DNA from: Candidatus Cloacimonadota bacterium
Lineage (GTDB): Bacteria; Cloacimonadota; Cloacimonadia; Cloacimonadales; JAFGVF01
Direction: 5' to 3'
Length of the DNA: 58,777 bases
Assembly: GCA_016838885.1 (NCBI GenBank)
Contig: JAEKNW010000194.1
Span: forward strand, 1-58,777
In this document: in pieces, positions 17,158 to 25,419 of the stretch
Layout of the letters: each line of letters begins with the position of its first letter
Position numbering within the stretch: position 1 is the stretch's first letter
Notes under the pieces: model-generated
The model's database searches: none
What the model was told of the DNA's origin: nothing
Seen by the model: the letters and a program-made list of their open reading frames with translations, nothing else
Translations under genes and position numbers: made by a program

Positions 17158-18940
17158 ATTATCTCTGACTCAAATACTCTTATTTATTCTTCTCCTCGGC
17201 TTTGCGATTCTGGTTATTGCTCTAGCAAAACTACAGATTATCGATGGCGGGCAATACACCGAATATGCTGAGAATAACTATATAAAAAAAAGAAGACTTG
17301 ATGCCAATCGAGGAGAGATTTATGATAGAAATGGTTTACCTATTGCTCAAAATTATCCTGCTATCAATCTTGCTATTGTTCCGGGATTTATAGAAGATAA
17401 AGACTCTTTGAAGACCTTTCTCTCTACTTTTATCGATGTTAGTGATGAAGATATTGATAATTTTCTCTATGAAACAAGATTCCGTCAATTTCAAGAAAAT
17501 ATCTTTTCTTATAATCTCAAAGAAAAACAAGTTGCTAAAATCGCTGAACACATAAACTTTTTTCCAGAACTAAGATTTGTGATTAGCAATACCAGGAAAT
17601 ATCACATCCCCAACCACTTTACAGGCTATATTGGTAGGATTAATCAGCAAGAATATGCTATTCTGAAAGATCAGGATTATCATTATAATAGTTATTTAGG
17701 AAAAACTGGCATAGAAAAACAGTATGAAGCTATTCTCAAAGGAGTCGATGGGGTAAAACTAGATTTAGTCAATGCAAAAGGGAGAAACTTAGATCTCTTT
17801 CGTGGCATCTCCAATAATAGAGATGTGATAAATATCGAACCTATCAATGGGATGGATTTGAATCTAACTATAGACTTAAAACTTCAACAGATGATCGATG
17901 ACACCTTCCCACCCGACTTAAATGGTGCAGTGGTCGTAATGAATTACGAAAACGGAGAAGTTCTGGCCTATGTTTCAAGACCTGAATTTGACCAAAATAT
18001 CTTTATGTCAAAGATCCCTACTACTGTCTGGGATTCCATTCGAAGCAACCCCAGTCAACCCTTCCTCGATCGCGTAAGTAAAGCTGTTTATCCCCCAGGT
18101 TCGGTTTTCAAAATTCTAACTGCCGGATATGGATTAGAAAATAAAATTGTTAATCGCTGGACTAAACTAAGCTACTGTGATGGTGGGATGCAAATTGGTA
18201 ATAGATATGTTAAGTGCTGGAACCATTTTGGACATGGTAGCCTCAATGTAATAGATGCCTTAAAAGTCTCTTGTGATGTTTATTTCTATGACTTATCCTT
18301 TAGAATGGATTTAGATAATTTTTGCTATTTTGTTAAAGATTCCATGCTGAGTGAAAAAACAGGGATTGATATCCCAGATGAAGCTAAAGGATTTTTCCCC
18401 ACTACACAATGGTATATTGATGCCTATGGAAAATATGTCTCTATTCGAGGGCAAATGGTTAATCTCTCTATTGGCCAAGGAGAGATGTATATGACTCCTC
18501 TGCAAATATGTGCACTTTATGCAGGTATAGCAAACGATGGGCTTTGGATAAAACCACATCTTCTCAAAAAGGCCAGTCGTGGTCAAGAAATTCTTACTTT
18601 CGATGACTTCATGCAAAATAGAGAGATTAAACTCCCCTTCAGTGATGAAAACATTGCCATTATTCAAGAAAGCTTAAGAAAAGTAATAACAAATTATGAT
18701 GGAACTGCTCACTCTATTAATCGTCCAAACCGGAATATTTATGGGAAAACAGGATCAGCTGAACATAAAGTTGGTAGTGTAACCCATGCTTGGTTTTCCG
18801 GCTATGATAAAGATACCAAAATTGCAATTTCAGTCTTTGTGCAGGAAGGTGGCGGAGGAGGAAGCGTAGCTGCCCCTATTGCTGGCCAGGTTTTTGATTT
18901 CTATTATAACTACCTTGGAAATAACAATGCTAAAAATTAA
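17138..18940 (+). CDS. mrdA: Penicillin-binding protein 2 (elongasome transpeptidase)
   Basis: 600 aa. It has an N-terminal TM, SVFK (SxxK), SCD (SxN-like) and KTGS motifs. Confidence 0.9.
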   Translation: MNTLMNKLSLTQILLFILLLGFAILVIALAKLQIIDGGQYTEYAENNYIKKRRLDANRGEIYDRNGLPIAQNYPAINLAIVPGFIEDKDSLKTFLSTFIDVSDEDIDNFLYETRFRQFQENIFSYNLKEKQVAKIAEHINFFPELRFVISNTRKYHIPNHFTGYIGRINQQEYAILKDQDYHYNSYLGKTGIEKQYEAILKGVDGVKLDLVNAKGRNLDLFRGISNNRDVINIEPINGMDLNLTIDLKLQQMIDDTFPPDLNGAVVVMNYENGEVLAYVSRPEFDQNIFMSKIPTTVWDSIRSNPSQPFLDRVSKAVYPPGSVFKILTAGYGLENKIVNRWTKLSYCDGGMQIGNRYVKCWNHFGHGSLNVIDALKVSCDVYFYDLSFRMDLDNFCYFVKDSMLSEKTGIDIPDEAKGFFPTTQWYIDAYGKYVSIRGQMVNLSIGQGEMYMTPLQICALYAGIANDGLWIKPHLLKKASRGQEILTFDDFMQNREIKLPFSDENIAIIQESLRKVITNYDGTAHSINRPNRNIYGKTGSAEHKVGSVTHAWFSGYDKDTKIAISVFVQEGGGGGSVAAPIAGQVFDFYYNYLGNNNAKN

Positions 18941-20138
18941 AAATTTTGATACCGGCCTTTTCATGGCCTGGTTTATCTTGGTTTCTCTTGGAATAGTTAC
19001 TATTTATACTGCATCTATTACAACTTATGGTGAATTTTATCATGTGAATAATTACTATGTTAAGCAATTCATTTTTTTTATGGCAATTATTCCTATCTTC
19101 TATTTAGTCCTAAAGATTCCCTTCTTTATTATAGATGCTTTAATAATCCCAGGTTATATAATCTCTATTATCTTACTGGTAATCGTTCTTTTTACTCCCG
19201 AAATAAATGGCTCTAATCGCTGGATTCAAATCGGAACTTTTAGACTACAACCTTCTGAAATTGCAAAAATTACAACTATTCTAATTGTTAGTAAATTTTT
19301 AGCAAAACCACATCAAGGGGATTTACGAAAAATCTTTATTGGTTTTGCCTTAGTAATTACACCAATCTTCTTAATCATGATCGAACCTGATTTTGGAACA
19401 ACTTTGGTATTCTGGGTAACTATTTTCGCCATGCTTCTTGCTGCTGATGTTCCCATTATCTATCTCCTTATTCTCTTAGCACCCATAATCTCCATTTCTT
19501 TAGTAATACTTTCACCATTCTCATCACTCTTCTTTATTCTTTTATTTAGTTTTGTGATGTTCAAACTTAAATTTCACTGGGTGATTCAAGCTGTTTCATT
19601 TATTGCAAATATTTTTGCAAGCTTAGTTTTTTGGCAAATCTTAAAACCTTATCAAATTAACCGTATTTTAACATTTATAGACCCTACAAGAGACCCTCTA
19701 GGAGCTGGTTACCAAGTTATTCAGTCAAAGATAGCTATTGGCTCTGGAGGATTGTGGGGAAAAGGATTCTTGCATGGCACACAGAAGAACTTAGACTTTC
19801 TGCCTGAACATCATACAGACTTCATTTTCTCTGTCTATGGAGAAGAGTTAGGTTTCTTACTTTCCCTGGTTTTGTTTTCACTTTTCTTCTTTCTCTTAAT
19901 AAAAATAATAAAATCTATTGACAAGATATATGTACTTGAGCGTAAGATAGCAACAGTAGGAATATTTTCCTTTTTGTTCTTTCAAATGTTTGTAAATATT
20001 GGAATGAATATAGGAATTGTTCCCACAACTGGAGTTCCCCTACCTTTTATAAGTTATGGTGGCTCCAATCTTGTAATTAACTCAATATCAATAGCTTTAA
20101 TACAAAAATACATAGTTGAAAAAGGATTTATGAAATGA
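18927..20138 (+). CDS. rodA: Peptidoglycan glycosyltransferase RodA (SEDS family)
   Basis: Polytopic FtsW/RodA/SpoVE pattern (PEHHTDFIF, GVPLPFISYGGS). Start taken at MLKIKNF; the longer ORF from 18879 is also possible. Confidence 0.88.
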   Translation: MLKIKNFDTGLFMAWFILVSLGIVTIYTASITTYGEFYHVNNYYVKQFIFFMAIIPIFYLVLKIPFFIIDALIIPGYIISIILLVIVLFTPEINGSNRWIQIGTFRLQPSEIAKITTILIVSKFLAKPHQGDLRKIFIGFALVITPIFLIMIEPDFGTTLVFWVTIFAMLLAADVPIIYLLILLAPIISISLVILSPFSSLFFILLFSFVMFKLKFHWVIQAVSFIANIFASLVFWQILKPYQINRILTFIDPTRDPLGAGYQVIQSKIAIGSGGLWGKGFLHGTQKNLDFLPEHHTDFIFSVYGEELGFLLSLVLFSLFFFLLIKIIKSIDKIYVLERKIATVGIFSFLFFQMFVNIGMNIGIVPTTGVPLPFISYGGSNLVINSISIALIQKYIVEKGFMK

Positions 20139-20716
20139 TGAAAAAAAGCCTATTTCTTTTATTTTTCGCGATTATCTTAACTTCTTGCTCAAATTTTAAA
20201 AAAATGAGACAAGAAAACTTCAGCAAAACTCTCTCTAAGAATTTGATTGAAAATGGAGATTTTGAAATTAATCAAGAACAAGATGATAACACTCTAACAG
20301 GTTGGTTGCTAGATAAAGATAGCTTTGATAAAGTCTCTATAGATAGCACCAGAAGTTTCACTGGAAGCAATTCATTAAAGATTTCCCAACCTTCCCGAGA
20401 AATGCAGTTGATTTCACACCCCTTCCCCACTAATCACAGAAATGTTTATGGTATAACCTTAGCAGCCAAGTCAGTACTAAAGAAAATACCGATAGCTGTT
20501 CATTTTCTTACTTTTTCTGATAATGGTAAAATTATCTCAAAATATTATACCAATATCACTGTAGATACAAAATGGCAAAGTTTTAACTTTGTTTCAGATC
20601 ATCTTAAAGTAAATTCTGAATTTGGCCGTGTTTTTATTACAATCCCTAAAAATGATTCTGTTCTACTACTAGACGATATTAACTGTTTTATCATTGATGC
20701 CCATCAAAAAAAGTGA
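20135..20716 (+). CDS. Lipoprotein with a carbohydrate-binding-module-like domain, function unknown
   Basis: Signal peptide with a lipobox-like ILTSC. NGDFE..GW resembles CBM4/9-type domains. It overlaps the rodA stop (ATGA). Confidence 0.6.
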   Translation: MMKKSLFLLFFAIILTSCSNFKKMRQENFSKTLSKNLIENGDFEINQEQDDNTLTGWLLDKDSFDKVSIDSTRSFTGSNSLKISQPSREMQLISHPFPTNHRNVYGITLAAKSVLKKIPIAVHFLTFSDNGKIISKYYTNITVDTKWQSFNFVSDHLKVNSEFGRVFITIPKNDSVLLLDDINCFIIDAHQKK

Positions 20717-20769
20717 TGTAACCATTTAATAATTATCCGTTATACAAGTAAAAAATAATGGAGTAAATT

Positions 20770-22212
20770 ATGTATAAAACTAACAAGTATTTTACCTTAA
20801 TAATAGTTTTCTTGATGTTTGGTAGCGCTTTACTTGCCCAAAGTAGGAGTCCTTTTGTTGATATAGTTAAAGCCAACAGAGATGCTGTAGTACAAATCAA
20901 AGTTGAAGGGACAATATCTAATCAATATGCTAATCCTTTTCCAAATGATGATTTGTTTAAGTTTTTCTTTCCTCAACAACCAAGGGTCAGACCTTACATC
21001 TCCCTTGGAAGTGGTTTTATCTTCAATTATGATAAAGCTGAAGAAATTGCCTATATCTTAACAAATAATCATGTTGTTCAGCAAGGCAATAAGGGTACTA
21101 TAACCGTTACCTTAGCCGATAAAAATAGCGCAAAAGCAGAAATAGTAGGCTTAGATCCAGCTACAGACCTTGCAGTTATTAAAATAAATGTCCCCAAAAA
21201 GGAAAAGATCACCGTATTATCATTTGGAAATTCTACCAACCTCGAAATTGGAGAATGGGCAATTGCTATTGGTAATCCTTTTGGTGATTCAGGTCTAGAT
21301 CGAACAGTTACTGTTGGAGTCATTTCAGCCCTAGGACGAGCTGGTATGAACTTCGGCAATAACTCACCTACTTTCCAAGATTATGTCCAAACAGATGCAG
21401 CTATTAATCCGGGAAATAGTGGTGGTCCTCTTTTAAACATCGATGGAAATGTAATTGGTATTAATGCTGCAATTACTAGTACAAGTGGTGGTAATGTGGG
21501 AATTGGTTTTGCCATACCGGCAGACTTGGCTAAAAAAGTTGCTAATGATATAGTAGAGTATGGATATGTTAGAAGAGCATATTTAGGGATTATGCCTCAG
21601 GAAATTAATGAAGACTTAAAGATAAATTTTGATTTGGATGAATTAGCCGGTGTCTTAGTTACAAATGTCGAAGATAATACTCCGGCCTCTGATGCAGGCC
21701 TAAAACAAGGTGATATTATTAAAAAACTTAATGGTACTAAGATTCATAATATCCATAAATTCAGAACTGAAATTGCTCATAGTCCTATCGATTCACCGGT
21801 GGAAATCTCCATAATCAGAGATAAAAAACCAAAAACATTACGAGCAATCTTAAGTGAACACCCTGAATTCACTAAAGAAAAAAGTAACATAGCTGTTCAA
21901 AATAAAGATTCTGTCGGTATTGTTGTAACTGAAAGAGATAGTGAATTTGCTCAAAAGTTCTCTAACTCGCTGGATTTAGGAGTTGTTGTTCAATCACTTA
22001 CTCCAAACTCTCCAGCTAGCTCTAGCCCACTAAATGTTGGTGACCTCATCTTAGAAGTAAATAATACTGAAGTTAATACGCCTGAAGAATTTGATGCCCA
22101 GATAAAGAAAGCGCTAAGCTCTGAAGATGAAATCAAAAGAATTCTGCTCAGAGTTGCTGCTAAAAACAAGAACAGCAATATCTATTACGTTCCTATCAAT
22201 ATTATGGAGTAA
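20770..22212 (+). CDS. htrA: Periplasmic serine endoprotease HtrA/DegP with two PDZ domains
   Basis: 480 aa. The catalytic triad context is TNNHVV, DLAVIK and GNSGGPL. Confidence 0.92.
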   Translation: MYKTNKYFTLIIVFLMFGSALLAQSRSPFVDIVKANRDAVVQIKVEGTISNQYANPFPNDDLFKFFFPQQPRVRPYISLGSGFIFNYDKAEEIAYILTNNHVVQQGNKGTITVTLADKNSAKAEIVGLDPATDLAVIKINVPKKEKITVLSFGNSTNLEIGEWAIAIGNPFGDSGLDRTVTVGVISALGRAGMNFGNNSPTFQDYVQTDAAINPGNSGGPLLNIDGNVIGINAAITSTSGGNVGIGFAIPADLAKKVANDIVEYGYVRRAYLGIMPQEINEDLKINFDLDELAGVLVTNVEDNTPASDAGLKQGDIIKKLNGTKIHNIHKFRTEIAHSPIDSPVEISIIRDKKPKTLRAILSEHPEFTKEKSNIAVQNKDSVGIVVTERDSEFAQKFSNSLDLGVVVQSLTPNSPASSSPLNVGDLILEVNNTEVNTPEEFDAQIKKALSSEDEIKRILLRVAAKNKNSNIYYVPINIME

Positions 22213-22300
22213 ATTCTTTACTGGATATTTTTGGATAGTGGATGCTTTATTCTGTCAGACAGCGGGCACCCTTGCCCGCACCCTAAACACAGTTAAGGGA

Positions 22301-22330
22301 AAGTATAATTATCGATAATTATACTTTTTC
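22301..22330 (+). terminator. Probable terminator / 26-bp perfect palindrome after htrA
   Basis: AAGTATAATTATCGATAATTATACTT is followed by TTTT. Confidence 0.45.
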
Positions 22331-22404
22331 TTTTCACTTCTACTTGCACTTACATGCAAATTGATTATTATTTATTAAATTTATTATATAAGATGGAGGA
22401 TTTA

Positions 22405-23331
22405 ATGAAATCTTATGATGTTATTATCGTTGGTGGTGGTCCTGCAGGACTTAGTGCAGCTATTTATGCAGCAAGAGGAAATCTTTCTACTGCTGTGTTT
22501 GAAAAAGCCTTAATTGGTGGTCAAATCAATGTAACTTATGAAGTTGAGAACTATCCTGGTATTCCTGAAGTATTGAGTGGATTTGAACTCTCTGATAGAA
22601 TAAAACAACAGGCTGATAAGTTTGGACCTGAATTTATTGAAGAAGAAATCATTAAGATAGATTTTGCCAGCACTAATGGGGTTAAAAAAGTTTATACTGA
22701 TGATAATGAATATTTAGCAAAAACAATCATTATCGCTAGTGGGGCTCAACCACGTTATTTAAATTGCCCGGGGGAACAAGAGTTTATCGGCAAAGGTGTT
22801 TCATATTGTGCTACTTGTGACGGCGCCTTATATAGAAATAAAGTGGTTGCTGTAATTGGAGGTGGAGATTCTGCGGTTGAAGAGGGTATGTTCCTTACAA
22901 AATTTGCGTCCAAAGTGTATGTAATACATAGAAGAGATGAACTTAGAGCTGTTAAGTCTATTCAAGATAGAGCTTTTAAAAATGAGAAAATGGTCTTTAT
23001 CTGGGATTCAGTTGTCGAAGAAGTCCAAGGGGAGAACTTTGTTAAAAATTTAGTTCTAAAAAATCTCAAGACTGAAGAAAAGCAAGACTTGCCTGTAGAT
23101 GGGGTTTTTGTCTATGTTGGTATTTTACCAAACAACGAACTTCTTAAAAAAGATATTACTCTTGATAAGTCAGGTTTTGTGATCACAAACGAGATTATGG
23201 AAACTAATATCTCGGGTGTCTATGCAATTGGTGATTTAAGAAATACTCCCCTCCGACAAGTTATTACAGCTTGTAGTGATGGAGCTATTGCTGCCTTCTA
23301 CGCAGAAAAGTTCATCAGTGAAATGGAATAA
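22405..23331 (+). CDS. trxB: Thioredoxin-disulfide reductase
   Basis: ATG at 22405 lies 5 nt after GGAGG. It has GGGPAG, the redox-active CATCDG and GGGDSA. Confidence 0.93.
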   Translation: MKSYDVIIVGGGPAGLSAAIYAARGNLSTAVFEKALIGGQINVTYEVENYPGIPEVLSGFELSDRIKQQADKFGPEFIEEEIIKIDFASTNGVKKVYTDDNEYLAKTIIIASGAQPRYLNCPGEQEFIGKGVSYCATCDGALYRNKVVAVIGGGDSAVEEGMFLTKFASKVYVIHRRDELRAVKSIQDRAFKNEKMVFIWDSVVEEVQGENFVKNLVLKNLKTEEKQDLPVDGVFVYVGILPNNELLKKDITLDKSGFVITNEIMETNISGVYAIGDLRNTPLRQVITACSDGAIAAFYAEKFISEME

Positions 23332-23355
23332 TAACTAAATTTTAACTTCCTACAT

Positions 23356-23392
23356 AAAAAGTGAAGGACATCTTTTCAGATGTCCTTCTTTA
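23356..23392. terminator. Bidirectional terminator between convergent trxB and gdhA
   Basis: GAAGGACATCT, loop TTTC, AGATGTCCTTC, flanked by an A-run and a T-run. Confidence 0.7.
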
Positions 23393-23424
23393 ATTTATCT
23401 ATTTTTTAGGGTTTAACCTAAATA

Positions 23425-24765
23425 CTATACAAGTCCTTGTTGAAGCATAGCTTCAGCAACTTTCATGAAACCGGCAATATTTGCACCTTTAGCATAATCG
23501 ATAAATCCATCAGCTTGAGTACCATATTTAACACATGCTTCATGAATGTCAGACATGATTCTTTTGAGTTTTTCATCAACTTCTTCAGAAGTCCAATTGA
23601 ATCTTAAGCTATTTTGAGACATTTCAAGACCAGAAACAGCAACACCACCAGCGTTAGCTGCTTTACCAGGACCGAATGGAACTTTAGCTGTATGGAATGC
23701 ATGAGCAGCTTCTGCAGTACATGGCATGTTAGCAACTTCAATAATAGCTTGAACACCATTAGCAATTAATTTTTCAGCATCTTCTTTGTGAAGCTCATTT
23801 TGAGTAGCACATGGGAAAGCTATATCAACTTTCACACCCCAAGGTTTTTCGCCTGGGAAGAATTTTGCATTTGGGAATGATTTAACATAATCAGCAACTC
23901 TATCATTGTTAGAAGATCTTAAGTCTAACATACATTGCCATTTTTCAGGAGTATTTACACCTTCCTCATCTAAAACATAGCCGTCAGGACCTGAAAGAGT
24001 TACAACTTTTGCACCAAATTCAGTTGCTTTTTGACAAACACCCCATGATACATTACCAAAACCAGAAACAGCGATTCTCTTGCCTTCTAATGTTTCGTTC
24101 TTGTCAGCTAACATTCCTTTAGCATAATAAACTCCACCAAATCCGGTAGCTTCTGGTCTGATTAAAGAACCACCCCAAGTTCTACCTTTTCCGGTAAGAA
24201 CACCTGTGAATTCATTACGTAATTTCTTATACATACCGAACATGTATCCAATCTCTCTTCCACCAACACCGATATCACCAGCAGGAACGTCTGTGTTTGG
24301 TCCGATATGACGGAATAATTCCATCATAAATGATTGACAGAATCTCATGATTTCACCGTCAGATCTTCCTCTTGCGTCGAAATCTGATCCACCTTTACCA
24401 CCACCCATAGGAAGAGTAGTTAAACTGTTTTTAAAGATTTGCTCAAAACCTAAGAATTTAAGGATTGAAAGATTTACAGAAGGATGGAATCTTAATCCAC
24501 CTTTATATGGTCCAATAGCACTATTGAACTCGACTCTGTAGCCTTTATTCACATGAACTTCACCTTTATCATCAGCCCATGGAACACGGAAAATGATAAC
24601 TCTTTCAGGTTCTACAAGTCTGTCTAATATCTTTGCTTGTACAAAGGCAGGATTGCTTTGGTAAGCTTCCCATATAGTATCAACAACTTCTTTCACAGCT
24701 TGAATAAATTCAGGTTGTCCAGGGTTTCTAGCTTCTACTTGAGCTACAAATTCTTGTGCGTTCAT
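23425..24765 (-). CDS. gdhA: NADP-specific glutamate dehydrogenase
   Basis: 446 aa. KGGLRFHPSVN and PMGGGKGGSDFD are hexameric GDH signatures. Confidence 0.95.
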   Translation of the reverse strand: MNAQEFVAQVEARNPGQPEFIQAVKEVVDTIWEAYQSNPAFVQAKILDRLVEPERVIIFRVPWADDKGEVHVNKGYRVEFNSAIGPYKGGLRFHPSVNLSILKFLGFEQIFKNSLTTLPMGGGKGGSDFDARGRSDGEIMRFCQSFMMELFRHIGPNTDVPAGDIGVGGREIGYMFGMYKKLRNEFTGVLTGKGRTWGGSLIRPEATGFGGVYYAKGMLADKNETLEGKRIAVSGFGNVSWGVCQKATEFGAKVVTLSGPDGYVLDEEGVNTPEKWQCMLDLRSSNNDRVADYVKSFPNAKFFPGEKPWGVKVDIAFPCATQNELHKEDAEKLIANGVQAIIEVANMPCTAEAAHAFHTAKVPFGPGKAANAGGVAVSGLEMSQNSLRFNWTSEEVDEKLKRIMSDIHEACVKYGTQADGFIDYAKGANIAGFMKVAEAMLQQGLV

Positions 24766-24800
24766 TACGAACCTCCATCTTTTTATTTTTATTTAACCCT

Positions 24801-24828
24801 TAATTAAAATATTATATTTATTTGTCAA
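24801..24828 (-). promoter_or_regulatory. Candidate sigma70-type promoter of gdhA
   Basis: On the minus strand: TTGACA, N16, TAATTA. It ends about 35 nt upstream of the ATG, with GGAGG as the RBS. Confidence 0.3.
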
Positions 24829-24938
24829 GCTTTTCAATAAAAATTATTGTAAAGGCTGGTATCTTTCTGTTATAGCATTGGTTATAATTTCTCACAAATA
24901 AAACTAATCACAAAATATTGATATAATTTTATCTATTA

Positions 24939-24975
24939 AACCCAAATACTGCAGTAGACTTTTGTGAATAGCACT
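24939..24975. repeat. Solo end of the family-1 repeat
   Basis: AACCCAAATACTGCAGTAGACTTTTGTGAATAGCACT matches the ends of the 58-kb copies. Confidence 0.55.
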
Positions 24976-25111
24976 CTGGGATTGCGGGCTTCCAGCCTGT
25001 ATTAGAAACAGGTAACTCGTTGCCGGTTCTTATCATCTTGCTGTTAGCAAGATAGATAATTTCTCCTCTTTAAGAGAAATGAATACGGGCTGGAAGCCCG
25101 CAATCCCAGAG
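24974..25111 (+). ncRNA. Candidate structured RNA or cruciform element of unknown class (30-bp closing helix plus three hairpins)
   Basis: 24974-25003 pairs with 25082-25111. Hairpins at 25004-25030, 25031-25058 and 25059-80 fill the interior. The two wobble positions are T-G only on the + strand. Confidence 0.3.
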
Positions 25112-25160
25112 AATATGCCCGCAATCCCAGAGAATATGCCCGCAATCCCGGTTAAGAATG
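25097..25160. repeat. 21-bp tandem repeat x3 (CCCGCAATCCCAGAGAATATG), third unit degenerate
   Basis: Units start at 25097, 25118 and 25139. The first unit is the 3' arm of the long helix. Confidence 0.85.
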
Positions 25161-25300
25161 CCAGCAGGGATGTTAGCGCTCTCAAAGAAGAAGTCGCGCT
25201 CCAAGTCAGAAAAAGATCATTTTGCATGAGTCTTTCTATTATCAATCTCATTACCACTGTGGTTTTATCACTTGTCTATTGTATCACTGTTAGCTTTTAG

Positions 25301-25355
25301 TCTAATAGTGACCTAATAGATGCCCAATAGACCCCCAATAGACTCCCAATAAATG
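25301..25355. repeat. 11-bp tandem repeat x5 (core CCAATAGA)
   Basis: AATAG/AATAA cores lie at 25304, 25315, 25326, 25337 and 25348, exactly 11 bp apart. Confidence 0.8.
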
Positions 25356-25419
25356 TTAAACTAGGAGTGTGTCGTCCCATATAACTAGTAAATATTAAAC
25401 TAGGAATGATCAAGATTAT

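Noticed and set aside
23405-23430. A further family-1 end (GGGTTTAACCTAAATACTATAC) overlapping the gdhA stop, which would make gdhA flanked by repeat ends
   Set aside because: Only about two thirds of positions match by eye, which is too degenerate to call.
25033-25300. Small ORFs across the tandem repeat: 74 aa on the minus strand, and 73 aa on the plus strand reading MNTGWKPAIPENMPAIPENMPAIP... with a hydrophobic tail
   Set aside because: Both read straight through the 21-bp repeat and the helix arm. No convincing RBS is present. The + strand ATG (25079-81) is buried at the base of the predicted helices. The hydrophobic tail is expected from AT-rich sequence. I keep it only as a remote possibility.
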